From NCBI GenBank assembly GCA_976226885.1, contig OZ320316.1, forward strand, positions 76,632,001 to 76,696,000: 64,000 nucleotides of DNA, in the 5' to 3' direction. A program made the position numbers and the translations under genes. The notes under the pieces were generated by a model that did not search any database, was not told the origin of the DNA, and saw only the letters and a program-made list of their open reading frames with translations. The stretch is from Iphione sp. A-MEVVRFRX5. Taxonomy: Eukaryota. Each line of letters opens with the position of its first letter. The first letter of the stretch is position 1. Shown piece by piece: positions 13,488 to 26,449 of the stretch.

Positions 13488-13840
13488 TTTCATTTCATTT
13501 TTCATTTCATTGTATCTTTAACCAGGAACTAGATATTCTCTATCATGTGACAGAGCTCTTCCATATCCTCCTGGGGTAGCATACTACCATCTATTATTGA
13601 GAATAGAAAGACCAGAATACCCGGGATTGTCCCCTACTCTTATTTCGAATAGGTTTCTGAGGTCTTTTTGTGCATAGGGGACAGAATCCTATACACCCAC
13701 AGCCTTTTTACGAGTTGTGGACCACTCTGGGTTGGGGCTACAGTAAATCTGTCTGGTCATAATCAAGAGTCCCAAGGCCGGGATTGAACCTGCGACCTCT
13801 CAATCAGTGGACCAGTGCTCTACCACTGAGCTTTATTCCC
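13488..13840 (-). mobile_element. tRNA-derived SINE, full length
   Basis: tRNA-like head at 13840-13767 with A box (AGCTCAGTGGTAGAGC) and B box (GGTTCAATCCC) but an irregular anticodon arm. About 280-nt body and (TGAAA)n tail. The 3' half is repeated at 5325-5469. Confidence 0.85.
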
Positions 13841-16800
13841 TAATAAAGTCTTTGCTATATCATTCGAAGGAAAATTTGCTTTAAGACCATTAGAGACAAG
13901 CCATCTAAACGGAGGAAATATCAAATGGAAGACTTTTTTATTTCCTTTTTTTTCCAATGTATGTCATGTGAAATTTGCCTGTTACAGGCTCTCCCTCGGG
14001 ACACTGACATGTTGAGAGGTTTGATGAAAATATGAAAACAATTCTTCATACGCATTATTTACCAAGCTGAACACTGATAGCCATCTTAAAACAGAATAGC
14101 ACGAATTCACTGGCGGGCAAACGGTGGTATAATGCCAGGGGAGTGTCATCGACCACCCCAAAACCCAAAGACTCTACAGACATGCCAATGATAGACCAAT
14201 GATTGACCAGGCTATATTGGTGAATGCGATCAGCACGACATATACTCTGCTAGTAAAACCGTGTATTTCTCTAGTGAGAATAGAGCGTGCCATTCAGTAT
14301 GATAATGTCTGTTGGGAACTCTCTTTCTAGGCCAAGTTCAAAAATATATACCCCTTTAAAATATGTGAGAACTATATCTGCGAATGTATCTATATACGCT
14401 TTCTGCCCATCAAATCGATAAATGGCTGGTTATTATTCTTCCATTCGATCAAGCATTTAAATGAAAATATTATAGCAAGTGAGGCTACATTTTCTTATAC
14501 ATGTAACAAGTGAGACTATATTTTCCCATACGTGTGCATGTATAAGAAAATGTCATCAACTGTATTCCTCTATTCCTCTTCTCATACAGATATGAGTATA
14601 TTCAAACGTTTATGTTCGATCATTTGGCGGTTGAATGCATGTACCAGGGCTTCAAATTTAGATCGAAATCACGTGGTAGTTTCCTACGGCCTACGGCCGC
14701 AATGGACAAAGCATGTACGTTCAACCAAAGCCGTATCTACCATGGGCAGAAAACATAATTTTAAACCTATCGTGCCCTTCAAAATTAGAAGTCACGCAAT
14801 TACGCTGTTGCTACCGAGACACGACTTTTACACATAAGGATAGCATCCGACTGCCTTTACCACCGACAAGAAAGCCTAACTCAGTTCATGGTCTCTGCTA
14901 GAGAAACATGAGCCGCATTCAATGGACCCTTGGCATAGGGGGTAAGGTGGGGGTTTATGTCAAACGTTGTCGACGGAAACAACTGCCACGCGCTATAATA
15001 TCAACTTTGTACTGCGGAGATTGATGACGGACCTCTCTCGAAGGCCATCGACTGGCGCACATGCACACCAGCAGAAACAAGTTGTTTGTGGCCAGTCGCC
15101 GCCTTCTTGGGCCGCGGCTTTTTCGTCGGTGACAGATGAAAGAGCGCAGCACGCATGACTACCTACCTTGATACAAAGGGTGTCCTCGGCAAGCAGTTTG
15201 GAATACCACACGGGTTGTGTGGCGATCAGAGACATATTGGTGACCTGTGGCAGCTTTACTCGTAAGTGGCGGCGCGGCCGAGAAGTATACTCTTTTGGAC
15301 TAAGCGGGCGGCAATGCTTTATCCTGCCGCTGGCGCTGAATCCAGGGCATGTACTGTTCACACAGATCTCAGCTGGCTGCTGCTGTTGCTGCTGCTGCTA
15401 CTCTTGCTGGCCTTGGCGACGGCGCTCCTGCAGTATCAGCAATAGAAGCAGCAGCAGCAGGCAGCGTGTGCAGGAGCAGCAGGGGCAGGCGCCTGTTCAG
15501 TTCAGGCCTGACTCACCAAGCCCACTCAGTCACCGCCCACTACCAACACGCCCACTGCCTTCCATGCTGCCATCGTGATGGCCTCTCTCTCTCTCTCACT
15601 CCAAAAGTAGCCTTCGGGAACAGGAACAAGTAACACCCGTTGCGGTTGCTGCCAACAGTAACCAGAGCTCGAGACTACAGCTGAAGCAGCTTGCGTTACG
15701 ATCACAGGAAACCTATGGTTCGGCAATGTCCACTTGCTACATGGGCAGTATACTAGCATGGAAGTTGCAATGAAATATGCATCAAGGCCCGCCTGTGAGC
15801 GGGTCAAGCGCTCATAAAACGTGTAAATAGCAAAAACCATTGGATAACGACATCGGTGGACTCAGTATAATATCGGTGTAAGTGCGATAATTGAACGAAC
15901 GTTCTTCACCCCTTATTCTAAGTACATGTGCGTGCAGATTCACATGTATGTAGCCTTAACGGGAGAGTATTGAAACAGTACATGTATAGCAAAACGAAAT
16001 ATTTCATTACCGTATGCACTTGTATATACTTGGGGGGGGGGGGGGTACGCACAGAATAGTAGAACACTTCAAATGTTTTGGTCATCATGTTTTTGGATAG
16101 CTTTTAAAAACCTCTTTGGAAGAAAGGGTCGTCTGATTCATTTGATAAATGAAACGTTTTGACGAGAGTGTGACATATTGTTACATTTAAGTTTGAAAAT
16201 ACGTTATGAAGCGTTTAAGTTTACATACCCTTAGATGGTCAATGTTCGTTGAAATTTGCATGTTAATTACATGTATTTGCTTTGCTTGAGAACCATGTCG
16301 CCGCCTAGTAGCAATTTAAAGTACTACATGTAGGACGTTTTAGACTCCCCCTGCTGGAACACCGTTACATCAACGCTACTAAAAGCTCATTCCCTCTCCT
16401 CAATGGAGCAACGCGTCACTTAGTGAGGAAGTCATTGAAACTTTGGGGTACCTAATCTGACGAAGGGTAAAAATCAGCTATTCGCTGCTAGCTAAATCTG
16501 TAAAAATATAAGTGACAGGTGTACATGTATGTAACGTGCGTGTACAAAGACATGTAGGTAAATGTTGTAGGGAATTAACATCAGTGAGTAGACGGTAGAA
16601 GGCAGACTTGGGGACAATCTTTTTTCACACCTTGAAGTGCGCGTGCTGTAGAGACAAACCAGATGACCGCATTGCCTGTAGACGTGTACTAATACCTACA
16701 TACTTATTCTAAGTTTAATCTCTTCTTTTCCCAGGTTAAAGCAGAGCAAATGACATCAAAGTAGAAAGAGTTTTTATACTGCAACAACATTAAAACAAAT

Positions 16801-17399
16801 CTGTGCATTTCATCAGATGGTTTGGAAGTTAAAAGACCCACAAGATCATGAGAGAGGGTGGGACAGCCGGACAGCAGTATTCCTAGAGTCTCCTCCCCTC
16901 CTACACTCGTGAGCAGTGGGTTTTGTAAAAAGATAATTTCAGGTATTAAAAATTTGTTTGTTTATTTGCCAGGGGGAATTCCTTGACTACACGAACTAAT
17001 TTGGAGCCACCTGATTCAGCTTAACAAAGGCAGTTACAGTAGACGCTTCCCCTTTCATATTTCAAGGTAGTATCTGTTGCTTTATTTTCCTATTTACTAG
17101 TAACAATACACTGTAGGGACGTCCATAAATACATGTTTAAAAATGAATAATCAGATATAACAGCTTTTTGTATGGAATAATGTGAATAAATAAATGATTG
17201 ACCCATTCCAAACGAATAAACATGTCCGTTGATAAAAAAAAAACTAATAACACAGTAATACAACTGACTAATACGTGCAGTAATAAGCTTGACGTCGTGC
17301 AGCTTCTTCGTCTGGAAATATAACGGTTGATTCTGTTCCGAGGAATAAATGTGCTCATAGTGACCCAACACCTTTAAGAAACATGACATGCCTGCTTAC

Positions 17400-20195
17400 C
17401 TTGGCGTCTTTTTCGTCTTGTTTCACAACGTCGACAGCCGCTGACATAACGTCGTCGACGAACTTGCGCGCCACATCCATGTGCACGGCCGCCTCCACCA
17501 AGTCGTCCGAATTTCCGGACACCATCGATGCCCCCGTGTCACTGCGCATGCGTGAGACAAAGTCACGCGTCGTCTGAGAGAGGTCACTATCGCCGGATGC
17601 GTAGGACGTGTCCGAAAAGTCGGAGATCTGGCTGTCGCTGTGCGGCCGGCCAGTAATGTCGGGGATGAGCAACTTTTGACGCTGGTTTTCTGATGTCTCT
17701 GGCAAAACAAACGTAACTGTACTCTCTCTAGCCACCTGACCGATTTGCTCACTTGGTGCGGTTTGTTGCGGTTTAATTTGTTGTAAGTCTATACGTTCGT
17801 TGACGTCTGGCATATCGGATGAATCTACTGAAACGCCGGTCGGTCCTGTTCTAGAAGATGAGTCCTCCTCAGTATTGGCAGTGACTGCGGCTCCTGTGGG
17901 CCTTTCGCTACTTGCATCAAATGCTGAAGTGGCCGAGGCCTTTTGGTGAGCACTCTCCTTGTGAACATCTCTTAAGGATTCTCGGTACGACGTTTCTTCC
18001 GCCTGCGCGAGCTCCTGTTGAAGAGATCCTTCGAGCGAGATTAACTCTTCTCTGGCTTTCTGGAGCACCTCCTGAACGAGTTGCTCAGCCACGTCCACCT
18101 CGTCCTCGCCAGTGAACCTCACAGTATTTGACTCCCAGATACACGGTGCATCCATACTAGCTGTCGGATGGCTTATGTCCCGTTCACGCATTTCTTGTGC
18201 AATCTTATAAGCAATGACATTCATATCATCTGAACGTGCGTATTGTTCGCTGTCGGTGGCCATGTTCGCTTCCCCTTGTGTCGTTTTTTGTACATTTTCG
18301 GAGTCTGGATTGACAAGTTGGTCAATATCAGCTGGCGGATTTCCCTCCCTTTGCTTCATTTCTTGTGCAATTCTTTGAGCAACGACATTACTAGAGTCTG
18401 TGTCGACAACTTGTTGGTTGACATCGGCGGATTTACGTTCCTCGCGTTTCTTCATTTCTTGGGCGATTCTGTTGGCCACTACATTACCAGAATCAGGAGT
18501 ACCTAATCCAATGGCATTTTCCTCTTGCTGTTTCATTTCTTGTGCGATCCTGTGAGCAACTACATTATCCGAATCCAGATTGAAAGGTTTGTCCCTATCA
18601 GTGGGTGCATCACGCTCGCGCCGCCTCATATCTTGAGCTATTTTATATGCTACTACATTACCGGAGTACGGGTTGACAACCTGTTCTATGTCTTCGTCAC
18701 CTTGTGATGCATCCCCTGTATTTTGCGTCAATGTACTACTGAGATCGGCTGGGTAAATGTGCCCTGGTAATGAATCCATATCTTCATCTTCCTCCTCAAA
18801 GGTGTCTAAGTTAGATCTCGGTGGACGCTTGCTCATGTGGGCAGCGAGCTCCTCTTGGAGCAGCTCCGGAGGGGCACCCAGTTGCTGCAGCTCGGCAAAC
18901 GAGCTGTCCACAAAGCTGTTGGGCGGCGTGAAGGGGAACTTGAGCGCCTCGGTGTCGGCCACTACCTCAGTGCTGCCACTGGACTGGAGGCCAGATCTCT
19001 TGTTCTGAATGGTTTTCACCATTTCCGCGTTATTGAAAGGGGACAGGATGGACTCCCGCGTCAGGTGGGCGAGGGAAGAGTCGGACACACTGTTTTGTGG
19101 CGTGAAGGGGAAGTGCTCCACTGACTCGCTCAAACTGTGCCCACCGCCGCCGCCGTCGCTGGTACTACTCTCGCCATAGTCGGCGCCGTCCTGACCGACC
19201 CTGGCGTCGGTAAACGCCGCCTTCTTGGCGTGAATACGACGCACCATGTCGGCGCTCATGAAGGATGGCAGGTCCTGCTGGCCGGACCAGCCCGCCAGGT
19301 TCCCCGCCGCGTTGGCCGCCCCTTCGGGGTCGATGTAGCTGTTTGGCGGCGTCGCCGGATAACTAGCGTTGGGCGGGCTCGTTGGCTGGCTACACGCTTC
19401 CGGTGTAGTCCCCGGGTCGGGAGTCTGGCCCTGCAACGGCGATGACTCCATCAGCAATCCTTCGTGTCCGTCAAACAGATCACGCGACGATTCGGAGGTC
19501 GTCCTCGCCCCGGTCCGCCTCTTGGCGAGCAGCTCGACAGCTGCGGCAGACGGCTGCACCGGGCTTTGGCTATTATCTTCTAACAGGGCGTCTGATATGA
19601 GATCGACCAACTCTTGCTGAGATTTGGCTGGCAGCTCCTCCTTCGGCTCGGCGTCGTCCGCATAGTCCTCCAGAGAACTGAGCGTCCCAGATTCTGAGCA
19701 GTTCTCCTCCTCCTTGGGAGCAAATAAGTCTAAGTCTAGGAGCCCACCAGGCTTAATACTGTCCGGCACACAATCTGACTGGGGTTTCAAGATCGGCAAT
19801 TCCGCGCTACCACTACTGAGAGCAGCTGCTACCTGCTCTCCCGTGGTGGGTTGTAGCGGCTCACTCCAAACCTCAGGATTCTCAGAGCTGACGCCACTAG
19901 CCTCGGTGGCGCCAAAAGGATCGGGAACCTCGCTGGGTGTTTCTATACTGGATTTACTGCCACTAGCGCCTTCCCCGGACGGGCTCTCCAGCAGGAGTCC
20001 GCTATCCTGCGACACAGTAGTAGGCTGTTGCACTACTGTCGGGTGACAGTCAAGCCAGGCTTTTAACTGTGGCAATACACTTTTCCTGGAGGCTTTGAAG
20101 TTGCCCTGTCGAAAGGCGGAGATAGTCGGCGTCAGCGTCGTGAGAGGTGATAGCTCCAGTGTAGGCTCCGTGCTCGTCGTTAAGACATCGGACAC
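17400..20195 (-). CDS. Very large internal coding exon (932 codons): acidic, Ser/Glu/Asp/Pro-rich, largely disordered; PRUNE2/BMCC1-linker-like or part of a downstream gene
   Basis: Stop-free for 2796 nt. Acceptor gtatttttag|GTG at 20195 and strong donor AAG|GTAAGC at 17400; phase 0 at both ends. Same strand as and downstream of prune. Assignment to prune is inference. Confidence 0.85.
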
Positions 20196-22272
20196 CTAAA
20201 AATACAACATTGAAATGACGCGCATTAGAGGCAATCCATCAAGCCACTTAAAGTGAAAAGATAATGAAAGGAGGAAGGACTTCAAGCAGTCGTCTGGTTA
20301 GATCTCCGAGTGACTTCGAATTCCTATGATATTTTACTCGACGTCAGAATAATCTTATTACGGGATGGGTCTGATCATTATTATCGGAATTAGAACCATA
20401 TTTTCATCATAATTTCCTTCGTTATGAAGCATACATTATCTTATTAATTATGCTACGAAGGAGGATTCTTCAACGGGTACATTCATCATTCAATTGTGAT
20501 CTATGTTACTACAATAATACGATCAAGTGAATGCATCGCATTAAAATAATATATATGTGTTAAAAAATGGGTTAATCCTATGACCGTAAATACAAGAAGA
20601 ACGCATTGTGGAGATGAAATCAAGTCTGTAGACAATAATGGATACCACTTCCCCTGAAATGAAATTCTACGAGAGTATAAAGCTGAAAATATACTCACGA
20701 GCAGGTAGTGTGTTATGAGTTTTAAATGTAGACACTTTAAGGACAACACCGAATAACGTTTAATAAAGCCGTTTTGTTGGTTATTTTCTTTCTTTACCTT
20801 ACCATAAACTTTGATATAAATGTACATGCATAGAAAGCAAGGTAGCAGAGAGGTAAAAACACATGTGTTGTCTATGGCTTTAAACCACAGTTATAAATAC
20901 CACACCTACATAGTACGTACGCTAACACGTGCACTACATGTTTATAAATACCATCTGCTTTGAGACTGAGATGAGAAATAATGAAGAACGAACAGTCATA
21001 AAAAAATGACGGCGGTAATAAATGCTAACATGAATACAGAGTTAACAAAATCATCGATGCTACTGCTGTAAAATCCTTCCCAGCATGAAAGGCAGATTAA
21101 GGCAAAACCTAAAAAAAAAGGAAATAAATTCCCATTAAGTAGAAGAGAACACTGACCAATCATCCTGCCACACAGTGAATCGTATCTTAGCGTCCAGTGT
21201 ATGGCTGGTAATCTACTTTACTCGCTATGCACTACAAATGAAGATAATCACCACTACGGACCATTTTCACCAACTTCGCTCTCAACTGGAGCAGCTGGAG
21301 ATAACTGCAGATACAGAGATTCATATACTTGTTCACTACGCACACCATCACGCATGCATCAGTCTGATGACGGTATATAAAGGAGAAAAAACATTCAAAT
21401 GAGGCTGATATAAAAAGTATTGCTAAAGTCAGAAAATAACAAAACCTACAACATGCATCACTTCGGTGAAAATATGAAAATAGGGTGAAAAGACTTTTAA
21501 TGCTATAGATGAAATAATATTGACAAGAAAAGCAAAAATCTTAATTAAGGAAAAAACAAACTAGAAATTGAATTTACCTCACAATGCAGGTAGTCATTAT
21601 TCCTATAAAATGCCCAAATTGTTATTTACATAAAATTCCGATCACAGGAGTGCTTGGGAAAGAAAAGTAAGTCGGGTGTTGATTTTCGTTACAAAATTGT
21701 ATTTTGAGTGTTCATGAGAAGCCTGATCATAGAGTCTCCACTTGGATGAATAACAGGTAATGCATAAATCCTAAAGCGACGTATACAGCACATTTTCCGA
21801 TGCAGAATGTCAAAGAACCTACATATAAGTCAAAATGAAGATCTATTTGAAGGAATCGCTTTAATTAATGAACGCTTAAAGAGATTGAGTAGAGATTTGT
21901 GCCTTTTGAAATACACAGAATAAAGGCACAGTGCGAACATGGAGCATATATTTAACTTTTAACATAAATAAATGCGACTGTATTTTACATGCCTCCCAAA
22001 GAACCATCATCTGTAAAAATAAGGTGCATCTTGTTAAAGTTAAGCTTTCGCATCAAAACTTAAGACTCGGTATAAGCTGCTGTCTTCGTTTCCACATAAA
22101 ATGTGATGACTGCTTTGAATTGCATTGCGGCATTGTTTGACAGCAATGAGTTATTTAACACACCTATTAAATCAGTTTTTGATGAAAAAAATTGTTGAAT
22201 GAATCAAACAAATTTACACGTACATAAAGAAAATACTTCTTTCTTTCCTCTATTCCTCCCTTCTAACCCTCT

Positions 22273-22733
22273 CAACTTCATGTACTTTTCTCTCCCGCTT
22301 CTATTTGTTAATTTCCCTGTCTCACCCATATGCCGTTCTCCTTCTCTCCCACTACTCTCTTCCATCCTCGCTTAAAACCTCTCCCCTTTCCCTACTTTCT
22401 GACGTACACCTCCCTCCTTTTCCCCCTCTATCTTCCTCCCTCTTTCTCTCATATAAATCTACCTTTAATCCTGATTCTGATTTTGCTCACAGTCTCCCCT
22501 GTCTTATATAAATACCAATATTTAAGTTGTTTCTTATCTTACCTGCTAAACCTCAGTTCAAAAATAACACTTCAAACATAGACATTTCTAAAGGTAAACT
22601 CTTATATACACTACTCATCTCATCAACTAAGAATCGAGGATGGAAGGAACCGAGTAAGAAGGGAGACAGTGGAACAAAAGTGAAGTAAAGACTGGAAGGT
22701 AACACGAAGAGGGAGAGAGAAGTACAGGAGTTG
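22273..22733. repeat. Degenerate inverted repeat (foldback) with pyrimidine-rich and purine-rich arms
   Basis: Arm 22273-22373 (CAACTTCATGTACTTTTCTCTCCC...TTCCATCCTCG) aligns to the reverse complement of 22632-22733; spacer about 258 bp. Confidence 0.55.
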
Positions 22734-23249
22734 GTAAGTAGTGGAAGAATGGAAAGAAAATGGAGGAAAAGAAGGAAGGAGAGGTACAGCTAACGGGAAG
22801 GAGAGAATGAAAGCAAAATGGTTAAATCCATCTTCACACTTTTCCATTTCACTGTTATTTTGTCCATTAGCATTTTCCTACTGATATTTCTCTCTGGATA
22901 CTAAATCAGCTGCATGTATACTAGATATTTCAAAGAAAAATGTATCAGATACCGTACTCAAATATAATCGTATGGAATGCAAACATTTATTTGGGAGGGA
23001 ATAATGTCAAGGTACATTTTTCTTGCTATCTTTATTCGTACAGATGTTCTAAATTCACCGGAATATAAACTAACACACCAGTTGCCTGCGATACAAGACA
23101 TGTACCTAAATGTCTCAATCAGTCCATATGACAGAGAACAGGCTTTCAACTTATTCACATACTTATAGCAATAAGAAATGTGTTAAGAAGACAAAGGACT
23201 TGAATTATCCTTAGCGTAGCAAAGGCCACAAAATTGGCCAAGTAACGCC

Positions 23250-24170
23250 GTTTTCCCAAATAATCTGTTTCCTAAACTTCAGCACGTAGTGATAGGAAGC
23301 GACAATGCGAAGTAATGGAGTTGGCCTTTCTGGCCACTTAATCACGACAACCAGGTCCGCCCAGCAAACGTGCCCTCTCAGTGACCACTCAAGGTCTATT
23401 TCGAAGTCACTCAACAGGTGTATGGTTGAGGTGTTGAGGCTACACGGACGACGTGGCCACTTTCTGTGGAAGGTGCTGACGACCTCTTAATGTAGATTGA
23501 CGATGAGGGAATGCGACCTTTACGGATCTACATGTCTGGGTTGCCTGACTCAATACCACGATGCATCTACAGACCTGTCTACTTCACTGTGCTCTCAGAA
23601 CCTACACTGGCCACACCGTCATGAAGCTTGCAGTCATATAATGGCCAACATTCCACCACTGCCTCCTTTTTGCTTGACAGGACGGTTGAAAACCCTCAGA
23701 TTATTTGTTACTAGTTAATACGACAATGCCTCAAAATGCAGGTTATTTGCTTGATTAAGACAATCTGTCCCCAATTCAGTATGATTAATTTGTCAGAAAA
23801 TGGGTGCTTGTTTTGCGCATGAGCGCTACGGCCCCGGCTGTAAGTGGCGCATCCTTGATTACGCCCACCCTGTCAACACAATAGCCACAGCCGCGGTGGC
23901 GGCAGCCTTGTGATCTGGGGTGATGGCAGGCCATCCAGGACCAAGACACCAAAGAGGAGGCTTCCTAAATGCCTCCGGCGCCATATTGAGTCCGTGCGTC
24001 AGAAGGAACGACGTCAGCGGGGAGAGTCGACAATTGGATTGCTCGGTGGAGGCGTGCCATTCTCCATCTCTCTCCACCTCGTCTGCACGAATGGCCACCT
24101 TTCTGCCACCGACCTAATTGGGATGGTTTCATGTGGCACGGCTGCCCTTCATGCTCACAAACTATGATCC
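23250..24170 (+). mobile_element. Highly decayed non-LTR (Tx1/L1-like) reverse transcriptase fragment
   Basis: In shifting frames: NGVGLSGHLITTTRSAQQTCPLS (cf. RGVRQGCPLS), GYTDDVATF (cf. YADD) and IWGDGRPSRTK (cf. FIWxGK). Confidence 0.45.
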
Positions 24171-25993
24171 ATTTCTCCATACTTCCATCTAAATCTGGTT
24201 GAAAGCATTAAGGGCCAACTGGGAAAATAGCCAGAGCGCTTTGCGCAAAAAGGATGTCATTCCATGTTACTGGGTAAGTGTAGGATTAAATACATGCTTT
24301 TTCCTCTTTTGCATGTATCCCCCTCGGGACGTAAGGCAGCGGTGCACAGCAGATTGACACATTTTAAAATATCGTGCACGTTCAAATTTGTTTCGTAATA
24401 CTTTTTTTCCTGAAAACAGTGCCTAAAGCCTAGAGATACGAAATATAAAGGAAAGGGCGGCTTTCACACAGATCATGGCATCCAATCATCACACGGTAAG
24501 GGGTTGTTCACATGGAGCCCGATTTATCCGTTCCGTACCCGCCCACGGGGACGGCTATTTCTCCAGGCCTCCTTGACTATTGAACCCATTCACATATATC
24601 CTGAAATATCTGCACTCGTGTGCGGGTGCATATGTCAAATCATCTGGGATGGGTTTGGTCTGCACACAGACGCGGATTCCCATAGACGCCAGTGGTGAAG
24701 ACACATCGCCAGACCATATGCTGGCAATTAAAATCAGGAAACATTGGGGGTTGGGGGATGCCTCTGGACCTGCGTCCAGGGACGGATCTGGCGTCAGGCT
24801 GCATGTGTACAGGCCCTAACAACCTGGGAACCAGTGTCTTCCTCCTCTTCTTCTTCGCTCTTCTTCTGTTATCGGTTGCCCTACGGCGAACAGAGACGCC
24901 CTGTTCCCTCATTATCTAAGTCCCAGTGATGTGCAACTGCGTAAGTCAATATGTTCTAACCAGGACACATCGAGCGATATGGACGCGACTACACGAGGCA
25001 TATTCTCTACCTGACGGAACTCAGCTCAACCTCAGGTACACTTCATTTCTCTACAGATGGACAATTGTACTAGTCCAAATCAGGGCTACAAGTCAAACTA
25101 GGGCTACGGAGGAAGGAGCAGTGGCCTTTCAAGATTATGTATGGTGACCTGAACAATCAGACGGCACAAATGTAATTACCATTAGTCTGAATGGGTAAAT
25201 AGCTCCAGTCCCACTGTAGTACACTTCTCGCGACTGGCAGAGAATGACGTTGCACAGAGACATCAGTAAGTGGGGGACAGAAGTAAATACTTATCATCAC
25301 TCGTGGAGAATATTTAGGATGATCAGAACGACGAGACGGCTACAAAACTCCAGGGAACATTTTACATTTGATGATTATTCCAAAGAACAAGCAATTACAT
25401 ATAAAGGTTTTCTCAAGGGATTAAGTATACATTTAACCATATATCATGGTACGTCCCTTCATAGGTAGATATTTTGAAGCTGATTATCCCATCTCTGTTC
25501 AAAATTACAAATAACTTGTTGCAGAAAATCAGTACAGCTTAGTTTGGCGTCCGGGTTAGCTGGCATGCTGCTAGCTTCTAGCGACGGATAGTTACGTCGC
25601 CAAGAGCCTTCAAGGGACACTTCACTTGGGCTGGATGAGGGAATCGTAGGTTTCTAGGGATCAATTTGGTTAGGTAGGCATGTAAGACACTGGAGGGGGG
25701 GGAGGGGGTCTAAGGTGATTGCCTAAAAGGTGAAGAGTCTCCAGGGGTTCATTAAGGTGACCCTGGTATGTACGTAGGCTATTTAGAGGAGAGATCAATA
25801 CATTTACATCCACCAAAACGACGTGATATTGTCCAAGGCTCCAAATGTCAAATACAACATAGATTACTATCGTTTCGTGATCGTGGTTCAATCCTGGTAC
25901 AAGCTTCTCACTTGTGACGGGAAATTGCACACCACTACTTAAGGTATACACCTAAGAGTCAGCAAAGGATCTATAACGCCTAGAAATCATCAC

Positions 25994-25999
25994 TTTATT
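25994..25999 (-). promoter_or_regulatory. Candidate polyadenylation signal (AATAAA) of the short prune transcript
   Basis: AATAAA on the minus strand about 450 nt downstream of the prune stop codon. Positional inference only. Confidence 0.3.
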
Positions 26000-26449
26000 C
26001 ATTCCCAAAATCAGTGTACAACTATCGACTGCCCATCTGTTCGCCTATGTACTCAGTAGGCAGGTAAAAAGCAAGTAGTGTTCTTGTGGCCAACTGTACT
26101 ATACCAACATTTCGTTTACAAAAGGGCCTGATAATGTGATTGTAGGCCAGGTATTTCTATATCAACACTCGATTCTAGCTGATTGATTCACCGAAAGAAA
26201 TTATCACTCGTACTGCTTAACACGACAGGATTACTTAAGTGTTATTTAGCAACTGCGGGAAATAAATTAACGCATGTACTTTGGCGCTAATACCACACAA
26301 CATGTATTTTGGCTGAATTCATAGACGTGATAGAACTAATTTTTGTTTTAGTAATGCAAAAACATCAAACTCGACAAAAACACTAACATGTTCGCTACTA
26401 TTACTGGAATGCTCCTTCCGCTTTCTGTATATGTATTTGAATATTGTAA

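Noticed and set aside
13767-13840. Functional tRNA gene
   Set aside because: The acceptor stem and anticodon arm do not pair properly, and it continues into a repeated body and tail. It is a SINE head.
1-17399. BCH/CRAL-TRIO domain exons expected for a PRUNE2-like gene
   Set aside because: I scanned by eye for HGGYYG, IEPYK, LRKNL, HPxW and KPFIS codons on the minus strand and found none.
17383-20046. Many plus-strand and alternate-frame ORFs over the large exon
   Set aside because: Shadow ORFs of the GC-rich coding exon.
24790-24870. Acidic peptide KKSEEEEEEDTGSQ as a bridging exon between prune and the large exon
   Set aside because: No polypyrimidine tract at the acceptor, a weak donor, and low-complexity sequence.
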